Translations under genes and position numbers: made by a program
The notes under the pieces: model-generated
What the model was told of the DNA's origin: nothing
Seen by the model: the letters and a program-made list of their open reading frames with translations, nothing else
The model's database searches: none
Virus record (IMG/VR): IMGVR_UViG_3300037657_000155
Coordinates: 1-25,987 of that record
Length of the DNA: 25,987 bases
Reading direction: 5' to 3' (one strand)
From: a virus
Lineage: Duplodnaviria > Caudoviricetes
Shown: positions 24,369 to 25,987 of the stretch, one piece after another
Position numbering within the stretch: position 1 is the stretch's first letter
Layout: each line of letters opens with the position of its first letter

Positions 24369-25987
24369 TCACGCAATGTAAACCTTACAAGGAATTCCCC
24401 GCATCGTGGGAGTACCCATCTCTGGTGCGTATGGGGGTTTATTATCAGTTAAGAAATTAGCATTTGATTCAGCCCATCCGTGTAAAGTCTCGACCCCCTG
24501 TTCCGGGTACCACCATCCATGCTCGATCATTGCAATACGAGGGTCCAAGTTATCAGTCAAGTGTGCTTTCTGTTTGATCCTGCCATGCCTGGTTTCAATA
24601 TAAACCCAATCACCGTCACGTATCCCCATCACGGCAGCTGATTTAGAGTTAATCTCAACAACTGGCTCAGGACGCATAGCCCTGAGGCTTTTTACTTGGT
24701 GAAGATTAGAGTGGCGGAATATAGCTGGCTTCCAATTGGTAAGGAGCAATGGATAGTCTGGGGATGGTTCCATATCTTCACGCGGCAAGCGATATTTGGG
24801 CAAAGCGTCGAATCCCAACTCCTTAAGCCTCGTCGAATAGAGCTCTACTTTCCCAGAAGGGGTACTGAAACCGTTAGACCGAAAATGTCTGTATTGCTTG
24901 GTGCCACTGACTACACGGACCTTTCTGAATTCATCGAATGTCAGTCCCGCAGGTGCAAGAAGTTCATCCGCAAACTCATGCTCATCCTCCCACAAGTCTT
25001 CTTTAAATCCCAACTGTTTGCCCAGTTCTATGAGAATTTTTAAATCGGACCAGCATTCACCCAGCTCGGCCACCTTTTGCTGTACCTGGGCTAAGTAAAA
25101 AGGTCCGGGGGAGTGGCTCACGCAGTCAAATTCAAGATATGTGGCAACAGGAAGTACGATGTCACTCATTTGGGCTGTTGGCGTAAGGAACATGTCGGCC
25201 ACTGCAATAAAATCAAGCTCTTTGAGCGCATCGAGAGTTTCCCCTGCACAAGGCCAGGTGGCAAGAAAGTTTCCACCCTGAATGTAAGCTACCCGTCCTC
25301 TGTTCGGCGTTTTTTTCAAAAGGGTATTCACAATGGCCTGAGGCAATGCGTACATAGCGAACGGCGCTAGGTATTCTGCCCCAAAGCGCTGCGCTCGCTT
25401 CTCCGTCGGAATTTTATATCGTAAGAAAAAAGCTGGAGATCCACGGTTTATCGATGATGGGCTTGTCCATGCTACTTCGCCTCCTGGCACACCGATGTTC
25501 CCGGTAATCGTTTCCAGGATGTATATGGCCCGTTGCGTTTGAAAAGTATCTTTTGTTTGCTCAAGGGCATTGCCGAGCTGGATTACTCCCGGTCTGTTCA
25601 TGGTGTACAAACGCGCGGCATCTTCAATCATGTCAGCAGGTACCCAGGTCATTTTTTCGACTTGCTTCGGTGTATAGTCCTTCACGTGAGCTTTTAGTTC
25701 ATCAAAGCCAACTGCCCATTCTGCGACAAAAGCACTATCAAACAAACCTTCCTTTATAATGACATTGATCAGTCCAAGCGCTAGGGCCAAGTCTGAACCT
25801 GGTTTCGGTCTTATCCAAATGTCTGCGCGCTTTGAAAGGGTTGTCTCTCTGGGGTCTATGACTACCAACTTTGCACCCTTAGCAAGCGCTCCGTTAATCT
25901 GCACATAGGTGGGTACAGCGGTTGCCTGGGGGTTGCAGCCCCAGACAATGATGCAGGATGGGGGATACTCGTAATCGGGCACTATTG
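24369..25987 (-). CDS. Molybdopterin (Mo/W-bisPGD) oxidoreductase, DMSO-reductase superfamily, acetylene-hydratase-like clade; 5' part outside the window
   Basis: IIVWGCNP, LVVIDPRET, PKPGSDLALALG, DMFLTPTAQMSDIVLPVATYLE, TPSGKVELYS, HSN, GIRDGDWVYIETRHG, HGWWYPE; frame stays open to the window edge. Confidence 0.92.
   Translation of the reverse strand, partial: IVPDYEYPPSCIIVWGCNPQATAVPTYVQINGALAKGAKLVVIDPRETTLSKRADIWIRPKPGSDLALALGLINVIIKEGLFDSAFVAEWAVGFDELKAHVKDYTPKQVEKMTWVPADMIEDAARLYTMNRPGVIQLGNALEQTKDTFQTQRAIYILETITGNIGVPGGEVAWTSPSSINRGSPAFFLRYKIPTEKRAQRFGAEYLAPFAMYALPQAIVNTLLKKTPNRGRVAYIQGGNFLATWPCAGETLDALKELDFIAVADMFLTPTAQMSDIVLPVATYLEFDCVSHSPGPFYLAQVQQKVAELGECWSDLKILIELGKQLGFKEDLWEDEHEFADELLAPAGLTFDEFRKVRVVSGTKQYRHFRSNGFSTPSGKVELYSTRLKELGFDALPKYRLPREDMEPSPDYPLLLTNWKPAIFRHSNLHQVKSLRAMRPEPVVEINSKSAAVMGIRDGDWVYIETRHGRIKQKAHLTDNLDPRIAMIEHGWWYPEQGVETLHGWAESNANFLTDNKPPYAPEMGTPTMRGIPCKVYIA

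Overview
Positions 1-21684 are the late (virion) end of a probable podovirus-like prophage, all on the + strand. The order is: a 38-aa unannotated ORF, two ~135-aa beta-rich structural proteins, a long intergenic hairpin, an 827-aa fibre-like protein with two kinds of 22-aa repeat, two probable ejected/internal virion proteins, and a 5109-aa polyvalent protein. The giant protein carries membrane-type ends, SH3/KOW-like modules, an N6-adenine methyltransferase, a Strawberry-notch SF2 helicase, tandem JAB/RadC domains and a zincin-like peptidase. The most striking signal is inside the giant gene: sigma70-type promoters lie at domain junctions, each followed by a small ORF in the +1 frame. The clearest case is TTGACA-N16-TACAGT (extended -10), then AAAGGAG, then a globular-looking 109-aa ORF that fills the methyltransferase-helicase linker. 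Downstream are an unannotated 56-aa probable membrane selenoprotein (in-frame UGA plus SECIS-like hairpin), HU with a Lys/Ala tail, dinB, and the 3' part of a minus-strand molybdopterin oxidoreductase. No integrase, tRNA or att site was recognised, so the right prophage boundary is unresolved. Family assignments come from motifs read by eye; no database search was run.
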